Below, one piece after another: positions 11,310-23,396 of a stretch of DNA of 64,000 nt. Made by a program: the position numbers and the translations under genes. The notes below the pieces were generated by a model. That model was not told the origin of the DNA. It saw only the letters and a list, made by a program, of their open reading frames with translations, and made no database searches. The stretch's first letter is position 1; the number at the start of each line of letters is the position of its first letter. This DNA is from Flectonema sp. DT1601 (lineage: Eukaryota): the NCBI GenBank assembly GCA_964019425.1, contig OZ025780.1, positions 1,302,001-1,366,000 of the forward strand. The letters run 5' to 3'.

Positions 11310-11872
11310 TGACATTTTCTCCAAATGTAGGGGAGCGATACTTCGATATAATAACTCCTTTCGGAATAAAAGTATACCGATGCGTCTCTACCAAAAGTAG
11401 AAACACAGCTCTACAAAAAAAAAAAAAAAAAAAAGAATCCCAATATGGTATTATGAATAATGTAGTTATCCAATAACTGTACGTGTGTATAATAATAATT
11501 ATGATAGAAAAAAATGTAATTGAGCTTTTTTTTGTGATCTTGTTCGGTAATTCCTGTGTGGGTTAAAGAATAACTTGCATAGAGCTTGCAAAAACCCCCC
11601 TTACGAACATACCCAAAAAACGTTTTTTTGCTTTTTTTTCACAGTCGCGCGGACCCGGATTTACCCTAGAAAATATAAAAAGTTGGCTTGGATTAGTTTC
11701 AGTGATGCAACTATAGAGAAAAAATAAAGAGAGAAAAAAACGTGTAGGGCAAAAAAAAAACAGATGAAGTTAATTATTTTTAGTTGGAGCGAGTCCGACA
11801 TACTAGTTAGGAATATGAGTTTATTAAAAAAAGAAAAAAGTGCACTAAAATCACAATATAAAAAAGAGAAAA

Positions 11873-11991
11873 AGTTATAAAAACACAATTGTTCCGCTGT
11901 TCCATAAAACACCACGGAATAAGTAGTTTCAGAAGACTTAATCTCATGCAACTTGTCCTACTCAGGACTTCTTCAGTAAGTTATAGGGACT
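11873..11991. repeat. Interspersed repeat segment A, copy 2
   Basis: Colinear with 4400-4520 over ~120 bp. Confidence 0.8.
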
Positions 11992-12489
11992 GTCGAGTGC
12001 TAGTTAGACAGACACCCCTGAGGAAAGGTTAACCACCTGTGAGTCCCAACGACATTATATATTTTTTTAAAAGTGTAGATGCAAAAAAACGAGAAAAAAA
12101 AAAAAAGAAAGAAAGAAATTTGTTTAACATTTGTGTCTAAGCTCTCACCCTAAAGAAAAAAAAAAAAAAAAAAAAAAACGGAAGAAACAAACACGATGTC
12201 ATCGTAGTTGCAAAATAATTACATTGAATCCGAACACAATAACGGTTCTTATTTATACATCAGTTGAAGCAGAAGGTGATTGCTTCCACAAATAAGTCAA
12301 AGAGCAGGTCATCAATACAAACTATCGATTGTAAATGATAAAAAAAATTAAAAATTAAAAAAAATTAAAACTTTTTTTTTTAAAATAGAGAAGGACAATT
12401 TTCCATTCAGGTGCACATGCACACTACGTAGTAAAAATAGTATCAAAACAACCCTTTCCGTAAGGAGGGATAAAAAGCAAAAATAGATT

Positions 12490-12526
<37 letters not shown>

Positions 12527-13046
12527 CTCATGAATTCACCAGGAGACCCAAATCTTTAATAAAACACACTTTATTAAGTCCGAAAACCGTTATCGTCAAA
12601 ATGCATCAAATAGAACCTAACACGGAAAAGATGAGTGAGGGGTAACTTAATTACTTTAAATATCTATAAGCAACTGTTTAACCAAATTTGTACGTATATA
12701 ATAACAGCGGAGTTCAAGAAAAAAAGGGGGAAATTGACACGTTATTCTATTTGCAAAATTGAGACGCTACAGAACAACTACTGACAGCAGATCCTCACAG
12801 GCTTGCTCGACAACATTTATTACAAATCAAACAAATAATGATAATAACTATAATAACGATCAATAAATTAAATAAATAAATAAATCGTAGGACATAGTTT
12901 AGTTAGTTGGAAACACAACACGCAACTTTAATAAATAATTATTCTTTGAGGTAAAAAGGGTTGAAAAATTACTTAAGTTAATTATACTAGATATTAAACA
13001 AAAAGGGGACTATAAAGTAATACCAATCGAGATAAAATATCAAATG

Positions 13047-14887
13047 CTACAAACAGTTGCGGCATCCAAGAGCTTCGGCTACCGGGTTACGAGAGCTAAG
13101 GCACCGCCACTTTGATGGAAGGGTTCGTTTAATACCAAATATAGCAAAGTAGTTGCTGCTTGATTGTGTTTCAGGGAGGTCTACTTTGCCCCCATTTGGG
13201 ACATCAATTCGGAAAGCTGTCATCGGATAAGCACGTTCACCAGTTTCAATAAGTGGCGCACACGAACCCGCATCCCAGCCTGCGAGTGGAAGGCTAGAAG
13301 GAAATCCCAAGCTGTGTGGCTGCGAGCACGGAGGACAGTGGTATACCACAACTAAGAATGTACATCCGTTAACACTTTCACATCCTACCTGAAATATTTC
13401 ATTCTGCGCAACTGGAAATTTCGGGAAGAAAGCATTCATCTGCTGATAGATTTCAGGAAGCTGCACCAGACTGAGACCCTGACTAGCTACTGAAGAACCA
13501 CTGACTGGAGTGATTGGAACCTGAACTCCATTCTGCTTCACTCCATAGAAGCTAATACAACATGTTGATGGAATGCATGGATAAGTCGTACACGGTGTAC
13601 TCTCTGGAACCATTGTGCCTCTCGAAGAACACGTTGAACCTAAAGGCAACGTCCCACAGGTGGCAACAAAATTCTCACTCGGCATTGCCTGCGATGCTTG
13701 CATGGAAAAGAAACTGACACCATATCCTGCACTCTTATAGAATACGAATGGTCTGAAGCAGCATCCGAGTTCGTGAAAGATTCCCTGAGTGTGACCATGT
13801 GGAGAGAACTCCTGTAATGTGGTTCCTGTTGGGTTTTGCTTTAGTCAATATCAATAAATAGTCACTCCCTTATGACAAAAATAAAAATAATACCTTTGTA
13901 ACCACTACCAGAACCATTATCTTCCATCCAGGTGACAACAAAACCCTCCCATCCATTAGTACCAATGCCTGCTGTGGAGTGATGGAGTTGTTTGTTTTCC
14001 AGAGCAGTGTTATTCGGGTGGTGGAGACGTTGAATGTCTGTAGTCGCAAGACCCTTATTATCATAAGTTCTTACGTAGAGTTTGTTTTTGTATTGCCAAG
14101 TCACAGCAAATCCTCCAGTTCCTGAGAGAGTCCTGACGTTTGGGAATCGAGACTGGTCACCGGCAATTATTTCATCGTAGGTAGACGTTTGACTGACCTG
14201 AAACGATGTTTTAATATTACCAAAAGACTTCATAGTAACAACTACTGATCCCCTGATTTCATAAGCAATAACCCATCCTCCATCAGTAAGAGCAGCTATT
14301 TTTGGATGGTTTCCGAAACTTGAGATTTCTTCAGCGCGAATAGACCTAATTCCATTAGATTCATAGATCGACAGTCGTAAGTTGTTATAAGTTAACGTCC
14401 TCCAAGTTAACGCAAATCTACCTTCTGTAAGCATTGTTACATGCGGGTGACACTGTCCTAAACCAGTCGGATCCACGAATTCTATCTCATCACTTAATAG
14501 CATGCCATTGAAATCAAAGATAGCTGTGCGGATTTGTTTGATAAAAGTGGAATCCATATACACAATTACAAATCCTCCTTCCCATCCTGATATTAAAGGC
14601 CAGGAGTAGATAGACTCATCGTTGTGATTTAAAGACCACATTGACAGCATATGAGGAAGATATATTTCAAAATCATCAACAGCATCTCCTTCACAATTAT
14701 ACCTTCTAATAAAATGTCTTGTCTGTGTAACCAAATCAGTCCTGTACTCAACAGTTCCACAAGTTGGAAGAGGTGACGAGCCTATCATAATATGATCACC
14801 AACAGGAGTCGGTTGTTGACGGCTAAACGGAGAATATAAGGCAGTGACTAACACCGCAGTGCTAAGAGTGAGAATAACACGCAACAT
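13047..14887 (-). CDS. Secreted protein with propeller-like 'Q..P.V..L..GGF.VTW' repeats and a Cys-rich C-terminal YHCPPCS domain (590 aa; exons 14887-13894, 13825-13047)
   Basis: Signal peptide MLRVILTLSTAVLVTA. A phase-1 intron (GTATTA...CCCAACAG, 13826-13893) fuses the two listed ORFs in frame. Confidence 0.75.
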
Positions 14888-16115
14888 TATTTTCTTTCTT
14901 TTAAAACTGTTACAAGATAAGAGAATTAAGTAGCGAAAAAGATCAAAGAACATAATTATATTCAAATCCTTACCTGAGCAATCTGTGAAATAATTGAGAG
15001 TCTTCCCAACATGTTTTATAAAATGACAGCTGTTATGAAAAAAACATAATGTACAAAGCTACGCTACATCTTTTATTGGTTCGCATGAAAAACGAATTGA
15101 ATTATTTTATTTCTTTGACTCGCCGTTGCAAAAAGAAAACAAATAAAATAAAAACGATTCTTTTTAAAATAAAAATAATAAAAAAAAAAGAACACCAAAG
15201 AAAAAAAAAAAGGAGGTTAAAAAATAAAAAATACCAACATGAATTTCGTCGCAAACGAATGTGCACTTTGGTTTTGCTCTTTTTTTTTACCTCTAGTAGC
15301 ATCTACCTAAGGTCGCATCAAGAAGCATGTGAACGGTCATGCTGTGCTTTAATATTAAACAATTCACACACAAAAAAAAAAAAAAAGAGAAAAAAAAGGG
15401 AATGATTATCGTTAGGGCAAAAAAAAAAAAAGAACGTTGTTATCTTGTACGGCTACTAACATATCCGAAGAACTTTATTATTATTTTTATCTTCATTTCT
15501 GTCATGCGGCTCAATACAAAATGCAAAATTCTCCAATGGAAGAAAAAAAAAAAAAACCTTTTTTTTATGCAAATTTAACTGAAGAACTTTTCTCGTCCAA
15601 TTCGGTAGAATGTTCCCTGCGAGCAGACTCTCAGGACGGTGTGCATAATCCTGGAAGGGGGGTAATTCAAAAAAATGAAAATAAAAAAAAAAAATTTTTT
15701 TTTGGACGGGGGAGAGAAAGGAAAGTGGGGAGGGGGACACCTTATGAAAAACGTCGGGTCTTCAATAACAAAAACATCTGCGAAGCACAGAGACTGTTTA
15801 CAAGTACAACTTACTCATTACGAATATACGAGTATCCAACTAACAAGACTTTGATGAGACAACCTGAAGCATACTTTGTGTACGCAAAATGAAATACACA
15901 TTCAGAATGATTTTGGTAAATCAATCATTTTCACCAAATAAAATTCCTATGCATGTAAAAATAAAGCGAAGGAACGCAGGCTACGCTCTATCGACAAGAA
16001 AGACAACCAAAGCAAAAACTCAGCATCAGTCAGACAACGTCCGACTGTAAACGCTTAGAAACTATTAAATAGAAAATGTGAGGGGAGGGGAAAATTGCAA
16101 GTACAAGTTATTATT

Positions 16116-16149
<34 letters not shown>

Positions 16150-16506
16150 GATCTTAAAAAGAAATCCTGTCGACATTCTCTCAATCAGAAGAGGTAATTA
16201 CTGATGAAGATGACCATGAAGCAAAAATGTAAATAAAGGCACAAAAATAGTTGGAACAGCCTATGTGGTACCATTTGTTAAGTTGTTCCAAAAAGGAGGA
16301 AAACAAAAAAAAATGGGCTAAGAAATAAAGAAAGAATAAATAAATAAAAGGTAGACGAAAAAATTTATCACTTCTTTCATTTGTCTGTAATTAATAGGTT
16401 CATGGATAGCTGAGGAACAACTAGCGGCTCCTAAATCAAGTTGAATTCTTAGTCATTGTGTATTCTCTTTTAGTAAATCGAAGAGAACGTATGTAGGCAA
16501 GAAATT

Positions 16507-16545
<39 letters not shown>

Positions 16546-16604
16546 GAAGCAAAACAACATGCATATTCACGCTGGCCAAGATTGATTTTTTCTATTTTTT
16601 TTTA

Positions 16605-19450
16605 TCACAACTGTCCATCCTGAATGTCGCCTCCAATTGTTGTGTACGATGACCTCTTGCATCGGAGCTTGTTCATTGCCGACTGCCAGAATCCTCTGTT
16701 TGGGAGCATGTCCATACCACGCTTTCCTCGAGCCTGTTTATTTTTTAAATTGTGATGAGGGAATTATGAAATACTACTAATTTATATAACACATCGAAAC
16801 CAGTCGGTTCATATCCGTGTGTACACAATATATCAAAATAGACACAAACACATACCGCATTATAGATGCATCCGAATATCAAGTAAGCACCAATTAGAGT
16901 AAAGAAGATTATGACAAAGATTACGCCACCAGACAGTCCTGATGATGATTTCTTCTTTGGGGAAGGTGTTGGTGGAGTCATGCAGAGACTTGCGTGATGC
17001 TGACCGGAGTTTTTAATAATTTCACAACCGAGAGATTTTCCTGTTAACAAAGTGTTTGGATCGTCACCCATCACGAAATCGAATGTATATTCTTCACAAA
17101 GGTAATCCTTACAATCCTTAATCTGTTTTATTCCAGCCAACTCTGTTGGACCCTCACAAGATGAAGGAAAGAATTTGATCGGTTGGCATGTTGGATTTGG
17201 AGGCAACGGGGTTGGCGGAACATCAATGCAGGCTTCGCTCACATCCTGAGTATCGCGAGCTACTAACTTACAATCGTTTGACTTATTAGTTAACACTGTT
17301 GTGTTGTCACTGCCAATGAGGAAATCAAAGCTAAGTTCATTGCACAAGTAATCCTTACACTCTGTGAGGGTCTGAAGGTCAATGGTTACCTTTCCAACAC
17401 CACAAGTAGAGTTTGCCTCGACTGCAACACAAGTAGGATCAAGCGTCGGTGCCGGTGTTGTTGGGGTGCAAGCTGACGTTGCTGTCTGATTTTTATAGCT
17501 ACTCACAACACACCCATTACTCTTATTCGAGAGGACTGAAGTCTTACCAAAATCAACGATGTATTCGAAGGTGAATGCTTCACACAAGTACTCTTTACAT
17601 TCAATCAGAGTATCGAGATCGATGTCGATGGTTCCATCTTTACAAGTAGGACTTCCAAGTGACACAATTGGAACTGAACAATTGCCTGGTGCAGGTGTCG
17701 GTGTCGGTGCCGGTGTCGGGGCAGGTGTAGGCGTCGGTGCTGGTGTCGGGGCAGGTGTTGGAGTTGGTGTTGGTGTCGAATGTGGATTACAAACCTGTGT
17801 GACGTTCTGATTATCGTAGTTCTCCAAGTAGCAGCCGGTACTGTTCTTCATGAGTACCTTAGTCATCTCTTTACTGACTAGGTACTCGAAGTCGAATTCA
17901 TCACACAAGAAATCCGTACAATCTTCCAGGGTAGCGAGATCGACCTCAAGGGTTCCTTCACCACAAGTGGAGTTTCCGAGTGAAAGAACAGCGCAGGTAT
18001 TATTCGGTGTCGGTGCCGGTGTCGGGGCAGGTGTAGGTGCTGGTGTTGGTGTCGGGGCAGGTGTAGGTGCTGGTGTTGGTGTCGAATGTGGATTACAAAC
18101 CTGTGTGACATTCTGATTATCGTAGTTCTCCAAGAAGCATCCGGTACTGTTCTTCATGAGTACCTTTGTCATCTCTTTACTGACTAGGTACTCGAAGTCA
18201 AACTCATCACATAAGAAATCCGTACAATCTTCCAGGGTAGCGAGATCGACCTCAAGGGTTCCTTCACCACAAGTGGAGTTTCCGAGTGAAAGAACAGCGC
18301 AGGTATCATTCGGTGTCGGTGCCGGTGTCGGGGCAGGTGTAGGCGTCGGTGCTGGTGTCGGGGCAGGTGTAGGTGTCGGTGCTGGTGTCGGGGCAGGTGT
18401 TGGAGTTGGTGTTGGTGTCGAATGTGGATTACAAACCTGTGTGACGTTCTGATTATCGTAGTTTTCCAAGTAGCAGCCGGTACTGTTCTTCATGAGTACC
18501 TTAGTCATCTCTTTACTGACTAGGTACTCGAAGTCGAATTCATCACACAAGAAATCCGTACAATCTTCCAGGGTAGCGAGATCGACCTCAAGGGTTCCTT
18601 CACCACAAGTAGAGTTTCCGAGTGAAAGAACAGCGCAGGTATTATTCACTGTAGGCGCAGGTGTCGGGGCAGATGTAGGTGGAGTTGGTGTACAAGCCGT
18701 TGTGGCATTCTGTTCGCTGTATTCTTTGAAAATACATCCTTCACTTCTGTTTGTTAGAACCATTGTTTTATCAGCGTTAACGATGTATTCGAAGGTGAAA
18801 TCGTCACACAAGTGATCTTTACATGCAGCCATAGTTTCGAGATCGATGTCGATGGTTCCATCTTCACAAGTAGGACTTCCAAGTGACACAATTGGAACTG
18901 AGCAATTGCCTGGTGTAGGCGCAGGTGTTGGTGATGGAGTTCCCTCAGTACAGACCTGTGTGGCGTTCTGATTATCGTAGTCCTCTAAGAAGCATCCGGT
19001 ACTGTTCTTCATGAGTACCTTAGTCATCTCTTTACTGACTAGGTACTCGAAGTTAAACTCATCACACAAGTAATCCGTACAATCTTCCAGGGTGGCGAGA
19101 TCGACCTCAATTCTTCCCTCATCGCAAGTAGAGTTTACGCCGAGTGAAATAGGAGTGCACGTACCTGGGGCTGGTGTTGGCTCTGATTTCAGAGTGCAAA
19201 GCTCAATAACTGGCTGTCCTACATACGGGATTAACTTACAACCATAACTCTTACCAGCAAACACTGTAGTGTTATCAGAACCAATGGCGTAGTCCCACGT
19301 CAACTGTTCACAAAGAGCATCTCTGCAAGTCGTCATCAGGTCCAAGTCGATCAAATTAGTAGACTCACAAGTAGAGTTCCCTATTTTAATATCAGAACAG
19401 ACATCGTTAAACCCGACTGCTGTTGTTAGTAAGACTGTCTGGATTATCAT
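16605..19450 (-). CDS. Large paralog with 9 six-Cys modules, PT/PA linkers, TM and ATG27/M6PR-like tail (907 aa; exons 19450-16856, 16733-16605)
   Basis: Same module as the 7289 and 9364 genes, with the same phase-0 intron after the TM. Exon 2 reads [16 protein letters not shown]...[15 protein letters not shown] and carries a YxxPhi motif. Confidence 0.85.
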
Positions 19451-19614
19451 GTTTCCTTTTATTTTATTTGTATTGCTGAAGTTTTAAAAAAATATGTAAG
19501 TAGGCAACACAAAGTAGAATCCCACTGCTGTCAACGCAAACAGCTGTCCAACTTATGACAGACTTATTGTCATATACGTAATAATATAAAATTGAAAGCT
19601 GAGACATGTACATT

Positions 19615-21451
19615 TTACAGAACAATAGCACCATCCTCATCAACATTCGATATATCAATATCCGTATTTTGTTTGGGATCCCACGTATGCTTCTTCCTTG
19701 GCCGTTTACTCCTTTGCGTTGAAGGCAAAGGTGGTTTCGGTCGTCCTTCAATACAATATTTTATGTGTTGCTTGAACTCCCTGTAATGAATGTGTTGTTT
19801 GTGTTAACAATGTCTACACTGCTCGGTAAGCGTATAGTTATGTGCACAGAGGCAAAGTCTGTATTGACGCCCCGCTTGCGAAAGTCTTCGATCCCGCGCG
19901 GATCCGCAACAATGGAAAGTATTAAAGAAATAAAACAAACAGTAATACATACTGAGAAGGCGTCATAGCGTAAATATCCTCGAGAGCAGCAGTCTTACCA
20001 AGTGATTGTCTTTTCGAAACTTCTGACATTTCCTTAGCCACTTGTTCCACCATAGAAAAGCTACCAGATGCAATAGAGAAGTGGATAGGCATAAAGTCCC
20101 AATTGTCTTTGTCAGAAAGTGAAGCTGTGAAACCAGCATTTCCACGACAATAATTAAAAACGTCATCCCACTTTAGGTAAGAAATGTAATGTATAACATT
20201 ACGACCATATAAATCACGAGATCGTATAAATGGATGAAGTAAACCCTTACCTTTACGAACACTAAGGTAATTAATAAACGAATCGGGTGTCAGCATCTCG
20301 AGAGCAGCAGATCGCTCCGCAGATGACATCGGCAACCCCGAAAGCATTGGCGTAGGTAAAGAACAGAACTGACAGTCATCATAATCCTCACACGATAATA
20401 TTAATTGAAGTAATAATTCTTTCATTTGTTTCGCTTCTTTATCTCCTGTTTCATAGTGAAGAATCGCATCACCCAACTCATCTGTTTCTAGTTGTCTATC
20501 GGTAGTATACACAGCTACACGTGTTTGTTGTTGTCTTAGATTGCTTGTAATCATTGGTATTATTTCCATTATAGCAGTCGTATTATTAACAGAGAGTGGT
20601 TCAACAGGTTCGTACCAACCAGAGCTGTTTGATCCTCCATAAGGATTGTCTAATACGATTGATGTCTTTCGTGAAAACCAATTTCCATTAACAATGTGAT
20701 AGCCTCCTCCAAAACGTGTTGTGATAGGAGGGTGAATTGAGATAGATTTTGGTGGTGGTCGGTGCGGCATTGATTCTCTAGATTCATATGTTTCGACCAG
20801 AGGTTCTGACGTTACGAATTCCGTAAAGTCTTTCTGTTGCCATGTCATTCCACGAACAGCACACTCATGAGTAGGATGATACAACCATTGTTGTCTATCA
20901 GGATTTGTATTAGTTTCTGGAGTGAATCCAAGTATTAATAAATCCTGTTTTAATATACACCAAACATCTGTAATGCTTAACGACAAACTCCCTTTTGAAT
21001 CAATACGACAATAATCGATTAAAGACTTTGCTATACATCTCGTTAACTCTGATCTGTTAAGTGTAATGTATCTGCTTCCATTGTTATTTGCATTCGGATC
21101 TTCGGGATTCCACTCATCAGAAGCATCAGTTGTTTTGTCAGTCGTGATTAATTCACATCTCACCAACTCACTAAGTCTACCCTGTGCTGTTGTTGTTAAT
21201 ATAACTTTCAAGTTTAGATCTTCTCCTCCGTCAAATTCGTTTTGTATTTTTACAAAACGGTATGCTCCATGTTCTAAGGTTGTATTTGAAGGTATCGGGT
21301 TATTCTCTTGGTCTAAATATTTTGTTATTGTCCCACTTAATCCTAGTAAGTCTTGAATAGAATCTGGTGATGTTGGTAATGAAATATCAAACAGCCATTT
21401 ATCTTCCTCATACAATCGTACGTTGTGGGTTGTTGTCGATTCCTCCGACAT
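19615..21451 (-). CDS. Uncharacterised protein with C-terminal ankyrin-like repeats (554 aa; exons 21451-19953, 19780-19615)
   Basis: RDLYGRNVIHY, KDNWDFMPIHFSIASGSFSMV and EDIYAMTP are ankyrin-like. A phase-2 intron (GTATGT...TTACAG) gives an open last exon with a basic KRPRKK motif. Confidence 0.7.
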
Positions 21452-21763
21452 TTATGTTATTTTTTTTTTTTTTTTTGATGTAACCCTGTAACAATATAAA
21501 AGTCGTAGCGCAAAAAAAAAAAAGATATCCAGTGAAACAACTCTTTTAGTATCAACTTATCTTCTGAATGCTGGAGACTTGGAATTGATTTCACCGACAT
21601 TTTCTTTGTTGGAACCCTGTAACAATATACAGGTCATTGTTTAATCTCTTTATTTTATTATTATTTTTTTTAAAATTTCTATATTCTTGAATACAATTAG
21701 TTTAAGAAAACCCCACAAAAATTATTTCCTTGAAATATTCTAATTGTGTGCGTTAATAACGCT

Positions 21764-21794
<31 letters not shown>

Positions 21795-21797
21795 CTC

Positions 21798-23396
21798 CTA
21801 AGAATACATGGCAGCAGTACCAGCAAACAACAACGGATATTCCTCTTGAGCTGGTGAAGGAACCCCATGTCGTCTGGCTATGAGTTGTGCTTGTCTTAAA
21901 GTAACCGACGATGAATCAACACGTTGTGTCTTATCATCGATAGGCAAGAATGAACATGACGACTGCATGCTACGAAGGTATTCGAGCATACTATCACGTC
22001 GGAATTGCTTACAACCATGATGCTCTTCGTACCATTCAAACGTGAATGACATACTATTTGGTTTGTCATCTTGGATCTCATACGCTGATAGTAATGATGC
22101 CACCTGATCACATAATCTCGGTAATGTTACTTCGTGTGATTTGTTGTCTCGAAGCATTGCATCCCTCGCTCGTGATATCCCTTTTAAGTGTGTTGTTTTT
22201 TGACGTTTGTTTAACCGTTTTGAATTATCGTTTTCAAGTTGTTGGAGTTTTCCAGATCTTACTTTGCAAAGGAATATCGATAACAGAATGATTTCTTCCG
22301 TGAAATTACCAAAAGTCTCTCCTGAGCTTGCTGAAGGTGCACACAACGCATATAACTCATCAGTGAACAGTCTTTGTTTATTATGAATTCCATTATCTCT
22401 GAGTTCTTGTATCTTAGGAGCAACTTCAGCAACTCTTGCCTTGACGTCAGCCATGCCAGTCCATGGGGTTACGACGTACTCGGCAACTATTTTTTTAATG
22501 TCACTGTTAACATTCTTCATTCGTCCAATATCTATTTTTGTTGCCTCCAAGACTTTCTCGTGATCTGCGAATGCCGGAAGGATTATTTCTTCTGTTGTAT
22601 ATGAATGTTTGTGTCCCAACATTTCTTTGAGATTTTTTTGACTTGCGACCACAACAGTGCAAATCTCACTCAGTGCCAACAAGGTTGATAATAACGATTT
22701 TTCACGTGTCTCAGTAAAATTATTGATATCCCACTCGTCTACGAGAACAACACCTGTTTTAGAATTCTCTGATCTCCAACGAGATTGTATTTCAGATACT
22801 ATTGAATTACGCTGCTGTAACTCTCCTACCATCCATTCACCTGTTGCTGCAGGTCTTGGTGTTGTCACATCTTTTAGAAAGACATGAGATGGATTTCCTT
22901 TATTAATTTCATTATTAGGAACTAAAGAGTGTCGATACACCGTTCCAAAGAAACTAAAAGTATAAACATCTTCATCAATAAAATAGTTGTATGAGCTATG
23001 ATGTTTTTCTTCTTGAGGTTCCCATGTAAAACCAATACATTGGAGTGTACCATTTGAAAGTTCAAACGCTTGAGAAAACGTACATTCAATGGTATCTACT
23101 ACGTTGGTTGAGGGCCATGTGTTTGGTTGAAAATAGTGTTTTGAAATCGTATTTTTTAAATTATTCCACTGTTTTCTAACGTTTGACCAAAACAACTCTC
23201 CCCTTGACTCACTCTCTGTTGTTGGTTCAATTCTCAGGATTTCGATTGATGAATGGTTTGTTAAGTTGCTTTCTATTTTCTGCATCAAACTGCTCTTTCC
23301 TGTTTTTGCTTTTCCACATATGCATATCAGACCTTTCCTACCAAATATGATGTTGTTTGATACCAACTCTGAGCAGTCTTGAAGTCTCTCGAGCAT
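21798..23396 (-). CDS. AAA+ ATPase, probably a divergent origin recognition complex subunit (ORC5-like)
   Basis: Walker A GKAKTGKS and Walker B VVLVDEWD. C-terminal EIILLSIFLC, VTLPRL and SVTLRQAQLIARR recall the ORC5 C-terminal domain. First ATG at 23396. Confidence 0.55.
   Translation of the reverse strand: MLERLQDCSELVSNNIIFGRKGLICICGKAKTGKSSLMQKIESNLTNHSSIEILRIEPTTESESRGELFWSNVRKQWNNLKNTISKHYFQPNTWPSTNVVDTIECTFSQAFELSNGTLQCIGFTWEPQEEKHHSSYNYFIDEDVYTFSFFGTVYRHSLVPNNEINKGNPSHVFLKDVTTPRPAATGEWMVGELQQRNSIVSEIQSRWRSENSKTGVVLVDEWDINNFTETREKSLLSTLLALSEICTVVVASQKNLKEMLGHKHSYTTEEIILPAFADHEKVLEATKIDIGRMKNVNSDIKKIVAEYVVTPWTGMADVKARVAEVAPKIQELRDNGIHNKQRLFTDELYALCAPSASSGETFGNFTEEIILLSIFLCKVRSGKLQQLENDNSKRLNKRQKTTHLKGISRARDAMLRDNKSHEVTLPRLCDQVASLLSAYEIQDDKPNSMSFTFEWYEEHHGCKQFRRDSMLEYLRSMQSSCSFLPIDDKTQRVDSSSVTLRQAQLIARRHGVPSPAQEEYPLLFAGTAAMYS

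Noticed and set aside
15049..15892. Poly-K/poly-F ORFs here and at 1587-1850, 51833-52344 and 53923-55123
   Set aside because: These are translations of homopolymer tracts with no protein-like content.
17559..18815. Plus-strand GVGA-rich ORFs (also 7613-8203 and 9301-10107)
   Set aside because: Antisense shadows of the PT/PA-linker genes.
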